Source of the DNA: an uncultured Verrucomicrobiae bacterium
GTDB lineage: Bacteria > Verrucomicrobiota > Verrucomicrobiia > Chthoniobacterales > UBA10450
NCBI GenBank assembly: GCA_963834385.1
Contig: CAWIBO010000002.1
Location: 224,001 to 288,000, forward strand
Direction: 5' to 3'
Length of the DNA stretch: 64,000 bases
Below the pieces are notes generated by a model that saw nothing but the letters and a program-made list of their open reading frames with translations, did no database searches and was not told the DNA's origin. Shown piece after piece: positions 20,217 through 29,239 of this stretch (position 1 is the stretch's first letter; each line of letters begins with the position of its first letter). A program made the translations under genes and the position numbers.

Positions 20217-21317
20217 TCAGCCGAGTTTCACGAAATACTTGCCCGGGAGTTGTTTCACCAGCCGTTTCAACTCGAGGCGGAGCAAAATCGAGGAAACCGC
20301 GCCGCTGGGTTGCCCCGACCGGGCGGCAATTTCGTCGATCGAAGTCTCGGTCGCCTCGATGGCGTGGTAGACGGCTTTCTCCTCGTCAGTGAGCTCCGGA
20401 AGGGGTCGCGCTTTCGCCTCCGGGGCCGGCTGGGTCCCGGGGATGAGCAGATCCAGATCATCGAGAAGATCGGAGGCGTCCATGACCAGTTTGGCTCCCT
20501 GCTGGATCAGGCGATTCGACCCTTGGGCGCTGGGGGCGTTGATATGGCCGGGCACGGCGTAGACGGCGCGGCCCTGCTCGATGGCCTGCGAAGCGGTGAT
20601 GAGCGCTCCGCTGTTGAGCCCGGCTTCGACCACGAGAAGGCCATGGCTCCACCCGCTGATGATCCGGTTGCGCATGGGAAAGGTCTGGCGATCCGGCTCG
20701 ACTGCCATGGAAAACTCCGAGACCACCGCGCCCTGGCCGTCGCGAATCTTTTCGGCGAGCGCGGCATTCTCCGGCGGATAAAGCTGGAGAAGCCCTGAGC
20801 CGATGACGGCGATGGTACGGCCTTTGGCAGCGAGGGCGCCCTGGTGCGCGGCGGTGTCGATCCCGCGGGCGAGGCCGCTGATCACGGTGAGGCCGGCGTA
20901 GGCGAGCTGGTAGGAAAGTTTCTTGGCCGATTCGAGGCCGTAATGCGTGGTTCGGCGGGAACCGATCACGGCGATGGCATGCTGGTCGCGCTCGGTCAGT
21001 TCGCCCCAGACATAGAGCACGATGGGCGGCGCATGGATTTCACGGAGCTGGCGCGGGTAAAGAGGGGACTCCGCCGTGATGACCGTGGCGCCAAAGTCGC
21101 GGACGCGCTCGAGCTCGGCCGGAAGATCGACGATCTCCTCCCAGCCGGTGATCTGGTCGGCCACTTCGCGGCCGACGCCTTCGACCGCCTTAAGTTCCGT
21201 CCCGCGGGCGGCGAGGATGCGCTGGGGCGTCTCGAAGACCTCGAGCAGCTTGCGCAGGCGCACCGGCCCGATGGTGGGGAGCATGTTGAGCGCGATGCAG
21301 GCTTCGGTTGCGTTCAT
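20217..21317 (-). CDS. dprA: DNA-processing protein DprA/Smf
   Basis: AVIGSR, ISGLARGID, FPMRNRIISG, VVEAGLNSGALIT, C-terminal winged helix. Confidence 0.96.
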   Translation of the reverse strand: MNATEACIALNMLPTIGPVRLRKLLEVFETPQRILAARGTELKAVEGVGREVADQITGWEEIVDLPAELERVRDFGATVITAESPLYPRQLREIHAPPIVLYVWGELTERDQHAIAVIGSRRTTHYGLESAKKLSYQLAYAGLTVISGLARGIDTAAHQGALAAKGRTIAVIGSGLLQLYPPENAALAEKIRDGQGAVVSEFSMAVEPDRQTFPMRNRIISGWSHGLLVVEAGLNSGALITASQAIEQGRAVYAVPGHINAPSAQGSNRLIQQGAKLVMDASDLLDDLDLLIPGTQPAPEAKARPLPELTDEEKAVYHAIEATETSIDEIAARSGQPSGAVSSILLRLELKRLVKQLPGKYFVKLG

Positions 21318-21356
21318 CGAAGCGAAAAAGCCGCGCGCTCAGGCGGTGAAACAGGC

Positions 21357-21821
21357 CTAAAAGGGAATATCGTCTTCCTCCGCCTCGGACCCGGCCGCGC
21401 GGGAGGGAGGAGGAGCCGGGCGGCTGCCGCTGGCGCGGGAGGAACCGCCCTCGTCGGGCTCACTTCCGCCGCCGCCACCGCCACCGGGACGACCGCCGAT
21501 GAGCTGCATGGTTTCGCCCACGACCTTCAGCTTGGAACGTTTTTGGCCCGACGTTTTGTCTTCCCAGGAATCGAGCTGGAGCCGTCCCTCGATGAAGACC
21601 GGGCGGCCTTTCTTGAGGTATTCGCCGGCGATCTCCGCCGTCCGTCCCCAGAGGGTGACGTCGACAAAAGTGGTCTCCTCGCGTTTCTCGCCGTTTTCGC
21701 CACTGAACATGCGGTTGACCGCCATGCCGAGCTCGGCCACGGCCGTGCCTTTCGGCGTATAACGAACCTCGGGATCCCGCGTCAGGTTGCCGAGCAGGAT
21801 TACCTTGTTAAAACTGGCCAT
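21357..21821 (-). CDS. ssb: Single-stranded DNA-binding protein
   Basis: [14 protein letters not shown] start, Gly-rich linker, DDIPF C-terminus. Confidence 0.97.
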   Translation of the reverse strand: MASFNKVILLGNLTRDPEVRYTPKGTAVAELGMAVNRMFSGENGEKREETTFVDVTLWGRTAEIAGEYLKKGRPVFIEGRLQLDSWEDKTSGQKRSKLKVVGETMQLIGGRPGGGGGGGSEPDEGGSSRASGSRPAPPPSRAAGSEAEEDDIPF

Positions 21822-21839
21822 GCGCCGGTTCTAGACGGT

Positions 21840-22169
21840 TTATTCTTCGGCGGCGACTTTTTTCGCGGGGCGCGCCTTTTTCGCCGGCAATTTCTGGTAA
21901 TGCTGGCGATAAACCTCGGGGTCGAGCTTGAACTTGGAGCGCAGCTTGGTGATGAGCTGGGAGTCGGCCTCGAAGACGAAATTGACGTAGTAGCCCGACT
22001 CGAGCTCGCCGGCCTGGTAGGAAAAGGGGCGCTTGTCCATTTTCTGGACGTTCTCCACCCGGGCGCCCTCTTTCTGGAAGTCGGACTCCAGGCGATCCAC
22101 AATGTCTTTGACGGCGTCCTCGCGGCCCTGGGTGTGGAGGACGATTAATGCTTCGTAACGGTTATTCAT
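21840..22169 (-). CDS. rpsF: 30S ribosomal protein S6
   Basis: RYE start and RPFSY...GYY pattern; directly upstream of ssb. Confidence 0.92.
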   Translation of the reverse strand: MNNRYEALIVLHTQGREDAVKDIVDRLESDFQKEGARVENVQKMDKRPFSYQAGELESGYYVNFVFEADSQLITKLRSKFKLDPEVYRQHYQKLPAKKARPAKKVAAEE

Positions 22170-22744
22170 GTCGCTTGGTTGAAAGTGTTCATCGCGGAAG
22201 AAAGGCCTTTGTCAATCGCGCAGTTCACCGCCTCGGCCGCGCGCCCGACCATTTCCTGCACCGCCGGCGTCTCGTCCTCGAAGAATCGCCCGAGGACGTA
22301 ATCGACCGATCCTTCCGGGGGCGGCGTCCCGATGCCGAGGCGGACCCGGGGGGTGTCGCCGAAGTGCAGGAGAATCGATTCCAGGCCGTTATGGCCGCCG
22401 GCGCTGCCGCCGGGGCGGAGGCGCAGCCGGCCGAGGGGGAGGGCGGTATCGTCCAGAACGACCAGGCTCTCGCCCGGCTCGATTTTGTAGAAGTTGGCCA
22501 GGGCGCGAAGCGGTTCGCCGCTCCGGTTCATGAAGGTGGAGGGCTTCACCAGCAGGGCGCGGTCGTGCCGGGCCCAGAGGGCGCCCCAGCGGGCGGAACG
22601 CTCCCAGGCGCAGCCCCATGCGGCCGCGAGATGGTCGAGCACCAGGAACCCGACATTGTGCCGGGTGCGCTCGTAATCCGGGCCGGGGTTGCCCAGGCCG
22701 CAGACCAGCCGGATGACGGAAGGCTCGGGCCCCAGGGGTGACAA
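22166..22744 (-). CDS. pth: Peptidyl-tRNA hydrolase
   Basis: GLGNPG...TRHNVGF, KPSTFMNRSG, GGHNGL. Confidence 0.96.
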   Translation of the reverse strand: MSPLGPEPSVIRLVCGLGNPGPDYERTRHNVGFLVLDHLAAAWGCAWERSARWGALWARHDRALLVKPSTFMNRSGEPLRALANFYKIEPGESLVVLDDTALPLGRLRLRPGGSAGGHNGLESILLHFGDTPRVRLGIGTPPPEGSVDYVLGRFFEDETPAVQEMVGRAAEAVNCAIDKGLSSAMNTFNQAT

Positions 22745-22756
22745 AACGCCCGCAGG

Positions 22757-23449
22757 CTACTTCTTGTCCTTGGCCGCGGGAGCAGCGGGAGCGGCGCCTT
22801 CGCCCTCCTCTTTCTTCTCCTTGATGACCTCGGGGGCGGCGGCCGGCTCGGCGGCGGCGGCCGGTTCTTCCTCGACCGTGGGCGCCATCACACTGAAAGC
22901 GGTCAGGTCGGGCTGGACGCGCGTGGTGACGCCTTCCGGAAGCTTGATTTCGCGCACATGGATGGCGTCGCCGATGTTGAGCTCGGTCACATCCACCTCG
23001 ATGCGGTCGGGCAAATCCTTCGGGAGACACTCGATCTCGAGCGAACGCAGGCTCTGCTCGAGAAGGCCGCCAAAGGTTTTGACGCCGCTGGCCGTGCCGA
23101 CCGGTTCGAGCGGCACTTCCGCGGTGATCTTCTCGTCCATGGAAACGGCGTGGAAATCAATATGGAGAACGTCGCCACCGACAGGGGAATGCTGGACTTC
23201 CTGGACCAGGGCGAGCCGGTTGGCCGCCTTGCCTTTTTCCCCGGCGATCTCGAGCTCGACGAGGATGTTTTCGCCCGAGGCGTGGCTGAGGAGGGAATTG
23301 ATGTCGCGGCGGGTCACCTGCAGGTTCTGCGGTTCGTCCTTCGCGCTATAGATGACGGCAGGAACGATCCCCTGCGCCTTGAGCTTGCGCACGTAGGATC
23401 GTCCGGTCCCGCTGCGATGTTCTGCGTTGAGCTTGACTTGCTTGGCCAT
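22757..23449 (-). CDS. rplY: 50S ribosomal protein L25/Ctc
   Basis: GIVPAVIY and HIDF motifs plus the long TL5-type C-terminal domain; prs-rplY-pth synteny. Confidence 0.95.
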   Translation of the reverse strand: MAKQVKLNAEHRSGTGRSYVRKLKAQGIVPAVIYSAKDEPQNLQVTRRDINSLLSHASGENILVELEIAGEKGKAANRLALVQEVQHSPVGGDVLHIDFHAVSMDEKITAEVPLEPVGTASGVKTFGGLLEQSLRSLEIECLPKDLPDRIEVDVTELNIGDAIHVREIKLPEGVTTRVQPDLTAFSVMAPTVEEEPAAAAEPAAAPEVIKEKKEEGEGAAPAAPAAKDKK

Positions 23450-23451
23450 GA

Positions 23452-24414
23452 TTATTTTTTTTCGTTATCGATCTTGAACAGCGACGAGACCGACTCGTCC
23501 TTGTGGATCCGCACCATGCCTTCGCCGAGAAGCTCGGAAATGCAGAGGACGGCGGTCTTAAATCCGTCCACCGGCCGCACAGGCGTGCTGTTGGTCGTTA
23601 TTAATTCTTCAATGTCAGATTTTTGCAACCGCGGAATCGCGACATCCACCAGAACGGCGTGGGAGACCCCGGCGTAGATCTTCTGCGCCCCGCGTTCCTT
23701 GAGCATCTTCGCCGCTGAGACCAGGGTGCCGGCGGTCTCGGTCAGGTCATCCACCAGAAGCACGTCGCAGCCGTCCACCTCGCCGATCAGGTAAAGCGCC
23801 TCGGTTTCGGTGGCGCTTTTGCGCTGTTTGGCCACGATGGCCAGGCTGGCCCCAAGAGCCTGGGCATAAGCCGAGGCCATCTTCAGGCCGCCCACGTCGG
23901 GGGAAACCACCACGGTCTTGTTGGTCAGGCGCTGCCGGAGGTACTTGATCAGGACCGGCATCGAATAAAGATGGTCCACCGGGATATCGAAGAAGCCCTG
24001 CACCTGCTGGGCGTGCAGGTCCATGGTCAGGACCCGGTCCACCCCGGCCGCGTGGAGGAGGTTGGCCACCAGTTTCGCCGTGATGGGAACGCGTGGCTGA
24101 TCTTTGCGATCCTGGCGGGCATAACCAAAAAAGGGGATCACCGCCGTGATGCGGTCGGCGCTGGCCCGGCGAGCGGCGTCCACCATGATGAGCAGCTCCA
24201 TCAGGTGTTGGTTGGTGGGAGGGCAGGTCGGCTGGATGATGAAGACGTCCCGGCCCCGGATGTTTTCCTCGAAGCGGACGTAGGTCTCGCCGTCGGGGAA
24301 AGAAGAGGTGGTGGCCTTGCCAAGGGGCACGCCGATGGAGCGGCAGATTCGCTGCGCCAGATCGGGGTGGGCGGACCCGCTAAAGACCTTCATTTCGGAT
24401 TGGCGCGCGTTCAT
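23452..24414 (-). CDS. prs: Ribose-phosphate pyrophosphokinase
   Basis: FPDGE, YARQDRK, DLHA, VSPDVGG, VDDLTETAGT. Confidence 0.97.
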   Translation of the reverse strand: MNARQSEMKVFSGSAHPDLAQRICRSIGVPLGKATTSSFPDGETYVRFEENIRGRDVFIIQPTCPPTNQHLMELLIMVDAARRASADRITAVIPFFGYARQDRKDQPRVPITAKLVANLLHAAGVDRVLTMDLHAQQVQGFFDIPVDHLYSMPVLIKYLRQRLTNKTVVVSPDVGGLKMASAYAQALGASLAIVAKQRKSATETEALYLIGEVDGCDVLLVDDLTETAGTLVSAAKMLKERGAQKIYAGVSHAVLVDVAIPRLQKSDIEELITTNSTPVRPVDGFKTAVLCISELLGEGMVRIHKDESVSSLFKIDNEKK

Positions 24415-24427
24415 GCGGAAAGGGGCG

Positions 24428-24458
24428 CTAACCTAGGCGCGGGGGCTCCGGCTTGGCA
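24428..24458 (-). promoter_or_regulatory. Putative sigma70 promoter of the prs operon
   Basis: Minus strand TTGCCA-N18-TAGGTT upstream of the prs ATG. Confidence 0.4.
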
Positions 24459-24743
24459 ACGGGAGATTCGGGGCCGCGGGAAAAAGCGGGGAGTTGGACG
24501 AAAAAGGGAAGATTGGCATGGGATTTCAGGGTGGCTTGTGGTGGTTGAGCGGTGGGAACTCCGGGGGGAGCAAAACTTTTATTTTTTGCTTGTTTCAGAG
24601 GGGAGAAAGCCCCAGAAAGAGGGGCGACAGATAAAAAAGACCGGCAGGCATGAAAATTGTCATTGACCCTGAGAATCAAATATGACAATTATGGCAAATA
24701 CAGCAGAGACACCACCTGTAGAAACAAACACCCAAAAACAAAC

Positions 24744-25637
24744 ATGAACCGTCTTATTCCTCGTTCCCTCGCCGCCACCGCCGCCCTCCTCCTCGCCTTC
24801 GCTGGTTCGAGCCAGGCCGGGATGATCGGTCAGGTCAACCTCGGCACCTCCAACAATTACGTCCTCCTCGCCCTCGGCCAGGGGATCAGCGATTCCGGCC
24901 CCCTCACCGGCGAGTTCACCGTCAACGGTGACGTCGGCGTCGTCACCTCGGGTGAAAAGTTTTCCGCCTCCGGCAGCGTGGTCTATAATGGCCAGGTCTT
25001 CCTGCACTCGGGGGTGACCTACAACAGCTCCGCCAGCGGCGTGCCCCAGCCGACCACCGGCGCGGCCGTTGATTCCGCCCTGGAGCAGGCCAAGCTCGAC
25101 GCGCTTGCCGCTTCCAACTTCGCCTCGGGCCTTGCGGCCACCGCCTCCTACGGCAAGATCGACAACAACTTCACCATCAGCCAGGCGGCGGTCGGTAACT
25201 ACGTCTTCAACATCGACGAGATTAAGTTCTCCGGTGAGAAGAGCCTGACCCTGAGCGCGCCGGCCGGCAGCACCTTCGTGCTGAACATCACCGACGCCAT
25301 CGTCCTGACCTCCGGCAGCATCAACGTGGCCGGCGGCCTGACCGCGGCCAACGTGCTGATCAACTACACCGGCGACGAGGACATTCGTTTCAGCGGTGGC
25401 GGCAACAAGTCGCAGGTTTTCGGCACCATCCTCGCCCCGAACGCGACGGTGGGTCTGCACCCCGGCCTGGTGGTCGGCTCGATCATCGCCGACAAGATCA
25501 CGATGAGCTCGGGCGCGGTGGTGGTCCCGGAAGTGACCCCCGGCTCGGTGATCATCGGTTTCATGGGCCTGGTGGTGGCGTTCGCCTCCCGCCGGACTCT
25601 GATGGCGAAACTGCGCGCGGTGACGGTTCGCCAGTAA
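24744..25637 (+). CDS. Secreted beta-solenoid-like protein (ice-binding/choice-of-anchor A-like) with PEP-CTERM-variant anchor
   Basis: Signal peptide; repetitive beta strands (ANVLIN, FGTILAPNA, GSIIADKITM); C-terminal VVPE + TM + basic tail. Confidence 0.75.
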   Translation: MNRLIPRSLAATAALLLAFAGSSQAGMIGQVNLGTSNNYVLLALGQGISDSGPLTGEFTVNGDVGVVTSGEKFSASGSVVYNGQVFLHSGVTYNSSASGVPQPTTGAAVDSALEQAKLDALAASNFASGLAATASYGKIDNNFTISQAAVGNYVFNIDEIKFSGEKSLTLSAPAGSTFVLNITDAIVLTSGSINVAGGLTAANVLINYTGDEDIRFSGGGNKSQVFGTILAPNATVGLHPGLVVGSIIADKITMSSGAVVVPEVTPGSVIIGFMGLVVAFASRRTLMAKLRAVTVRQ

Positions 25638-25658
25638 GACTTCTGTTTGTTTGCTTGC

Positions 25659-25695
25659 AAAGCGGCGCCGGGTAACCGGCGCCGCTTTCTTTTTT
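25659..25695 (+). terminator. Rho-independent terminator
   Basis: AAAGCGGCGCCGG-GTAA-CCGGCGCCGCTTT hairpin followed by CTTTTTT, about 20 nt after the stop codon. Confidence 0.88.
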
Positions 25696-25701
25696 GGCGC
25701 A

Positions 25702-26334
25702 AAGCTGAAATCTGGAGAGGGACGAATCAGGAAAGCAGGAAGGCAGGAAGGGGATCCAATTTGGAAGCCAGGAGACAGGGGATGGGGATTGAGGATGGAG
25801 AATTGAGGATAGAGGATCGCTCCCCTTCTGTTCGTGCTCGTGATCGTAATCCTGCTCGTAATCGGTCCCAGCACCTCCCGAGAAGCTGAAACCAGGAAAG
25901 GAAGAACGAATCAGGAAAGCAGGAAGGCAGGAGGGGATTGAATTTGGAAGCCAGGAGAGGGGATGAGGATTGAGGATGGAGAATTGAGGATAGAGGATCG
26001 TTCCCCTTCTGTTCGTGCTCGTGCTCGTCCGCTGCTCGGTCAGCACCTCCCGAAAGCTGGACTCGAATAGGAAGGGGGAGAGATCTGGAAGCCAGAGGGG
26101 ATGAATGGAAGCTCGTGCGTGCTCGTCGTGCTCGTGCTCGTAATCCTGCTCGTAATCGGTCCCAGCACCTCCCGAGAAGCTGAAATCAGGAAAGGAACGA
26201 ATCAGGAAAGCAGGAAGGCAGGAGGGGATGAATTTGGAAGCCAGGAAACCAGGAGAGGGGATGGAGAATTGGGATCGAGGATCGCCCCCCTTCTGTTCGT
26301 GCTCGTAATCGGTAATCCTGCTCGTAACCTCGCC
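25702..26334. repeat. Degenerate tandem array of four composite units (about 181, 171, 123 and 158 bp)
   Basis: Units start with AAGCTG at 25702, 25883, 26054 and 26177; shared blocks AATCAGGAAAGCAGGAAGGCAGGA, AATTTGGAAGCCAGGA, CCCCTTCTGTTCGTGCTCGT, CAGCACCTCCCGA (unit 3 is the most degenerate). Confidence 0.9.
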
Positions 26335-26604
26335 AGGAAAGGGAAGCCAGGAAGGAGGGAAGTAATGCAGCCCCCTCTGTGTTCTCTGCGATCTCTGTGG
26401 TTAAACACTGACCATGAAGCCGGAAAGGGGATGAGCTGGCCCCAAGGATGCGCCCACCTCAGCTTCCTGCGTTCCTACCTTCCTGATTCCTCCCCGTCTT
26501 CTTCCTGGTTTCCTGGCTTCCAAATTCATTCCTTTGGAAGAATCAGGAAAGCAGGAAAGGGAATTGATGCAGCCCCTCTGCGTCCTCCGCGTCTCTGCGG
26601 TGAA
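26335..26604. repeat. Mosaic of low-complexity motifs including an inverted copy of an array block
   Basis: 26504-26529 is the exact reverse complement of 26228-26253; two ATGCAGCCC(C)CTCTG...CTCTGYGGT copies ending at about 26404 and 26604. Confidence 0.8.
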
Positions 26605-26622
26605 AAAAAGGCTCGCTCGCCT

Positions 26623-28099
26623 TTAGTAGGTCTGGCCGCGGGAGACCTGGGAGTTGTCCTCGAACCAGTTGCCGTAGGCGTAGTTGCCGAGGGAAGCGCT
26701 GTTGCCGTTGATCTTTAACGACTCGTCGTAGTGCACGCTGGCGCCGCCGGAAATCGTGATGTTGTTGCCGATAAAGGCGCCGCTGTAGTTCGCGTCACCG
26801 GAGATGGTGAAGTTGTTGTTCGGGGCGTTGATCGTGCCGATGAAGCTGCCGCTGCCGGAAACGGTCACCTTCTTGCCACTTCCGTAGGCGACGATGGAGA
26901 GGTTCTTGGCCCGGCCGCTCTGGTTGCTGAAAGAGGAACCGCTGACCGTGATATCGTCGCCCACGTAATATTTCACGTAGACGTTTGGCGCCTGCTGGAT
27001 GTAACCGCTGCCGGAGGTGGTGAGTTTGCCGGTGACCCAGACTTCGATGTAATTGTCCTCGCCGGGATTGGAGGGAAGAATATTCAGCACGTTGCCGCCG
27101 GAAACGGTCAGGTTGCCGATTTTGTATTTGGCGGGGCTTGCCTGGGTGCCGGTGTAAAGGGTCCCGGGGTTGCCGTTGGAGAGGCTGGTGAAAGTGCCGT
27201 TGGGCCAGACCGGCGCCGAGACATCCGGGATGCTCGCGGTGAAGGGAGTGGAGATGGTTCCCTGGACATTGGAGGTGTTCTTCACCGCCGGCCCGCTGTA
27301 GGCGAGGTCGCCATAGACGTAGGTGCCGCGGAGGTCGGATCCGGTGCTGTTGACCGTGGCGATGTCGCCATTGGTCTGGCGCTTGGCGATGTCGTAGAGC
27401 CCGTTGGTCGACTTGAAAGGGCTGGTCGGATCGAAGCTGTCGATCCACCCGCCGCCGGACATGTTGATCACGTTCTTCATGAGAAGGCCGCGCACCCAGA
27501 TGCTTTGCGAGGTGGGAAGGGCGACCACCTCGATCGTGCGCGTGGCTTGCGGATTGGCGGTGTTGCCACCGGCGACGCGATTGTATTTAAGGCTGATCTT
27601 GCGGAGCTGGTTGTCGAGCTTCTCCATGGAGGCGCGGGGCGGGCCGGGGGCGACCGCGGTGCCGCTGGCGCGGATCCGGTAAGGCTGGTTGCCGTTGCCA
27701 TCCACCCCCAGGTTGGCGCGGTCCACGGTCACCCACATGGTCAGCGAGGATGCGCCCTCGCCGGTGACGGCCAGGGCCGGGGGAATGTAATAGTTATATT
27801 GCCCGGCGCCCGGATGCCCGGTGGCGGCATTGCCGCCGGTCGGCTGCGTTTTGGGGACCGTGCCGGTGACCGTAAACCAGCCGGTCCAGGAGGCTGCGAT
27901 TCAGAGCGTCCATGCCGATGTCGGCGGCGGCTTCGGCGGCGCAAAGGGCGGACTGCCAGGAGGCGGTCTGCGTGCCGGTGTTGGCATTTTGCGTGGCGAC
28001 GGAAAGGCTGACCGCGACGATGAGCGAGAGAATGGTCAGGGTGAGGATGGCGACGAGCAGGATGCTGCCCTGCTGATCCGGCGAACGGTTGATTTTCAT
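26623..28099 (-). CDS. PilX-like minor pilin with large C-terminal beta-rich putative adhesin domain; frameshifts around 27740-27900
   Basis: QQGSILLVAILTLTILSLIV...AAEAAAD PilX-type N-terminus (ORF 27794..28099); Gly/Ser/Asn/Thr-rich C-terminal part (ORF 26623..27738) ending GAFIGNNITISGGASVHYDESL. Confidence 0.75.
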
Positions 28100-28104
28100 A
28101 AGGC

Positions 28105-28668
28105 TTATTTCCGGGCGGCGGCGTTGCGGAGGAAGGTGTTGGTATAGACGGTGGTGCCGGCGATGGGCGCCGGCCCCGGGGCGTTGGTGAAACGCGGGGC
28201 GAAGGTGATGTTGCAGCTCACGCTCGAGGTGAGGTCCTGCGGGGTGACAACGAAGGTGGCGACATTATTCGCGATCGCCTTGTTCACCCCGTCCACCTGG
28301 CGGATGAACTGGCTGCCCGATTGGAAATAGGAGATGACGGTGGTGCCGACACCATGTTCCACGTTGCCTGTGCCGTTCAGTGTGGGAGCGATTGGGTTTC
28401 CGGAACCGTCGTAATATTTCGGCAGGGTGAGGGTCAGGGTGTTATTTGCGACCACGCCGTCGATGGCGCGGCGGCAATCGAGCGCGATGTAATCCTGCAC
28501 CCGGAGCTGGTCGCCCACGGCGGAGGAATAACCCTGGACCGCGGCAAAACTGCGCTGGAGCGCGACCCCGGCCGTAAGAACGGCGGCAAAGATCATCGAG
28601 GAACAGGTGAGTGACATCAGCACCTCCACCAGCGTGAAACCGGTCTGCGAGCGAAAAGAGAGCTTCAT
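28105..28668 (-). CDS. Prepilin-type (PilW-like) minor pilin
   Basis: GFTLVEVLM class III signal / N-methylation motif. Confidence 0.88.
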   Translation of the reverse strand: MKLSFRSQTGFTLVEVLMSLTCSSMIFAAVLTAGVALQRSFAAVQGYSSAVGDQLRVQDYIALDCRRAIDGVVANNTLTLTLPKYYDGSGNPIAPTLNGTGNVEHGVGTTVISYFQSGSQFIRQVDGVNKAIANNVATFVVTPQDLTSSVSCNITFAPRFTNAPGPAPIAGTTVYTNTFLRNAAARK

Positions 28669-29180
28669 TTACGGTCCGATGTTGCCGATGCCGAAGACGG
28701 AGGAGAGCTGCCGCTGCCGGCTGCGGCCGTTGGCGCTGTTCCAGACGAGGACGATGTCGACCCGGAGAAGGTTTTTTCCGGTGAGATTCCCGCTTTGCTC
28801 TCTCCTCCCGTTCGGGTGAGACGGGTTGCGCACCACGATCACGTTGTCAGACGCGGTGGGCGTGCGGGTAATTCGAGATGGTCACGGTAACATCCATTTT
28901 GCCCAGGGCGGCCTCACTCCCGGTGGGGGGTTTGACGATGTAATCCTTCACATAGTTGCCGTCGGCAAAGTTGGTGAAGGCGGTGCCGCGAAAGGACTTC
29001 CATGACCTGCTGCATGACCAGGGTGGCGGCGGCGGTCTCCTTCTGCTGCTTCAGATGAATGAGGAGGCGGGAGTTGGCCGCGAAGGCCGAGGCGCCGAAA
29101 ATGACGCAGACGGCAGCGGTCACGACCACTTCGGCGAGGGAAAAGGCGGCGGTGGCCTTGGCCTTGGAGCGGAGGAGCAT
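28669..29180 (-). CDS. Prepilin-type (PilV-like) minor pilin, frameshifted
   Basis: AFSLAEVVV prepilin motif; C-terminal LLRVDIVLVWNSANGRSRQRQLSSVFGIGNIGP* lies in another frame, and its stop abuts the next ATG. Confidence 0.72.
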
Positions 29181-29193
29181 GCCGCCCTATAAA

Positions 29194-29209
29194 AGCAATA
29201 AATATGCCA
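29194..29209 (-). promoter_or_regulatory. sigma54 -24/-12 promoter of the pilin cassette
   Basis: TGGCAT-ATTTA-TTGCT (GG-N10-GC), 14 nt before ATG 29180. Confidence 0.78.
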
Positions 29210-29239
29210 GTAAGCTAGAGTCGGCCCCCGGGGAGCTCT

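Noticed and set aside
25702..26604. CRISPR array
   Set aside because: Units are long and degenerate, with no identical short repeats, no unique spacers and no cas genes.
24660..26718. ORFs 24660..25874 (-), 25561..26046 (-) and 26101..26718 (+) crossing the repeat array
   Set aside because: They are translations of the DNA repeats or antisense to real genes, and unit lengths do not preserve frame.
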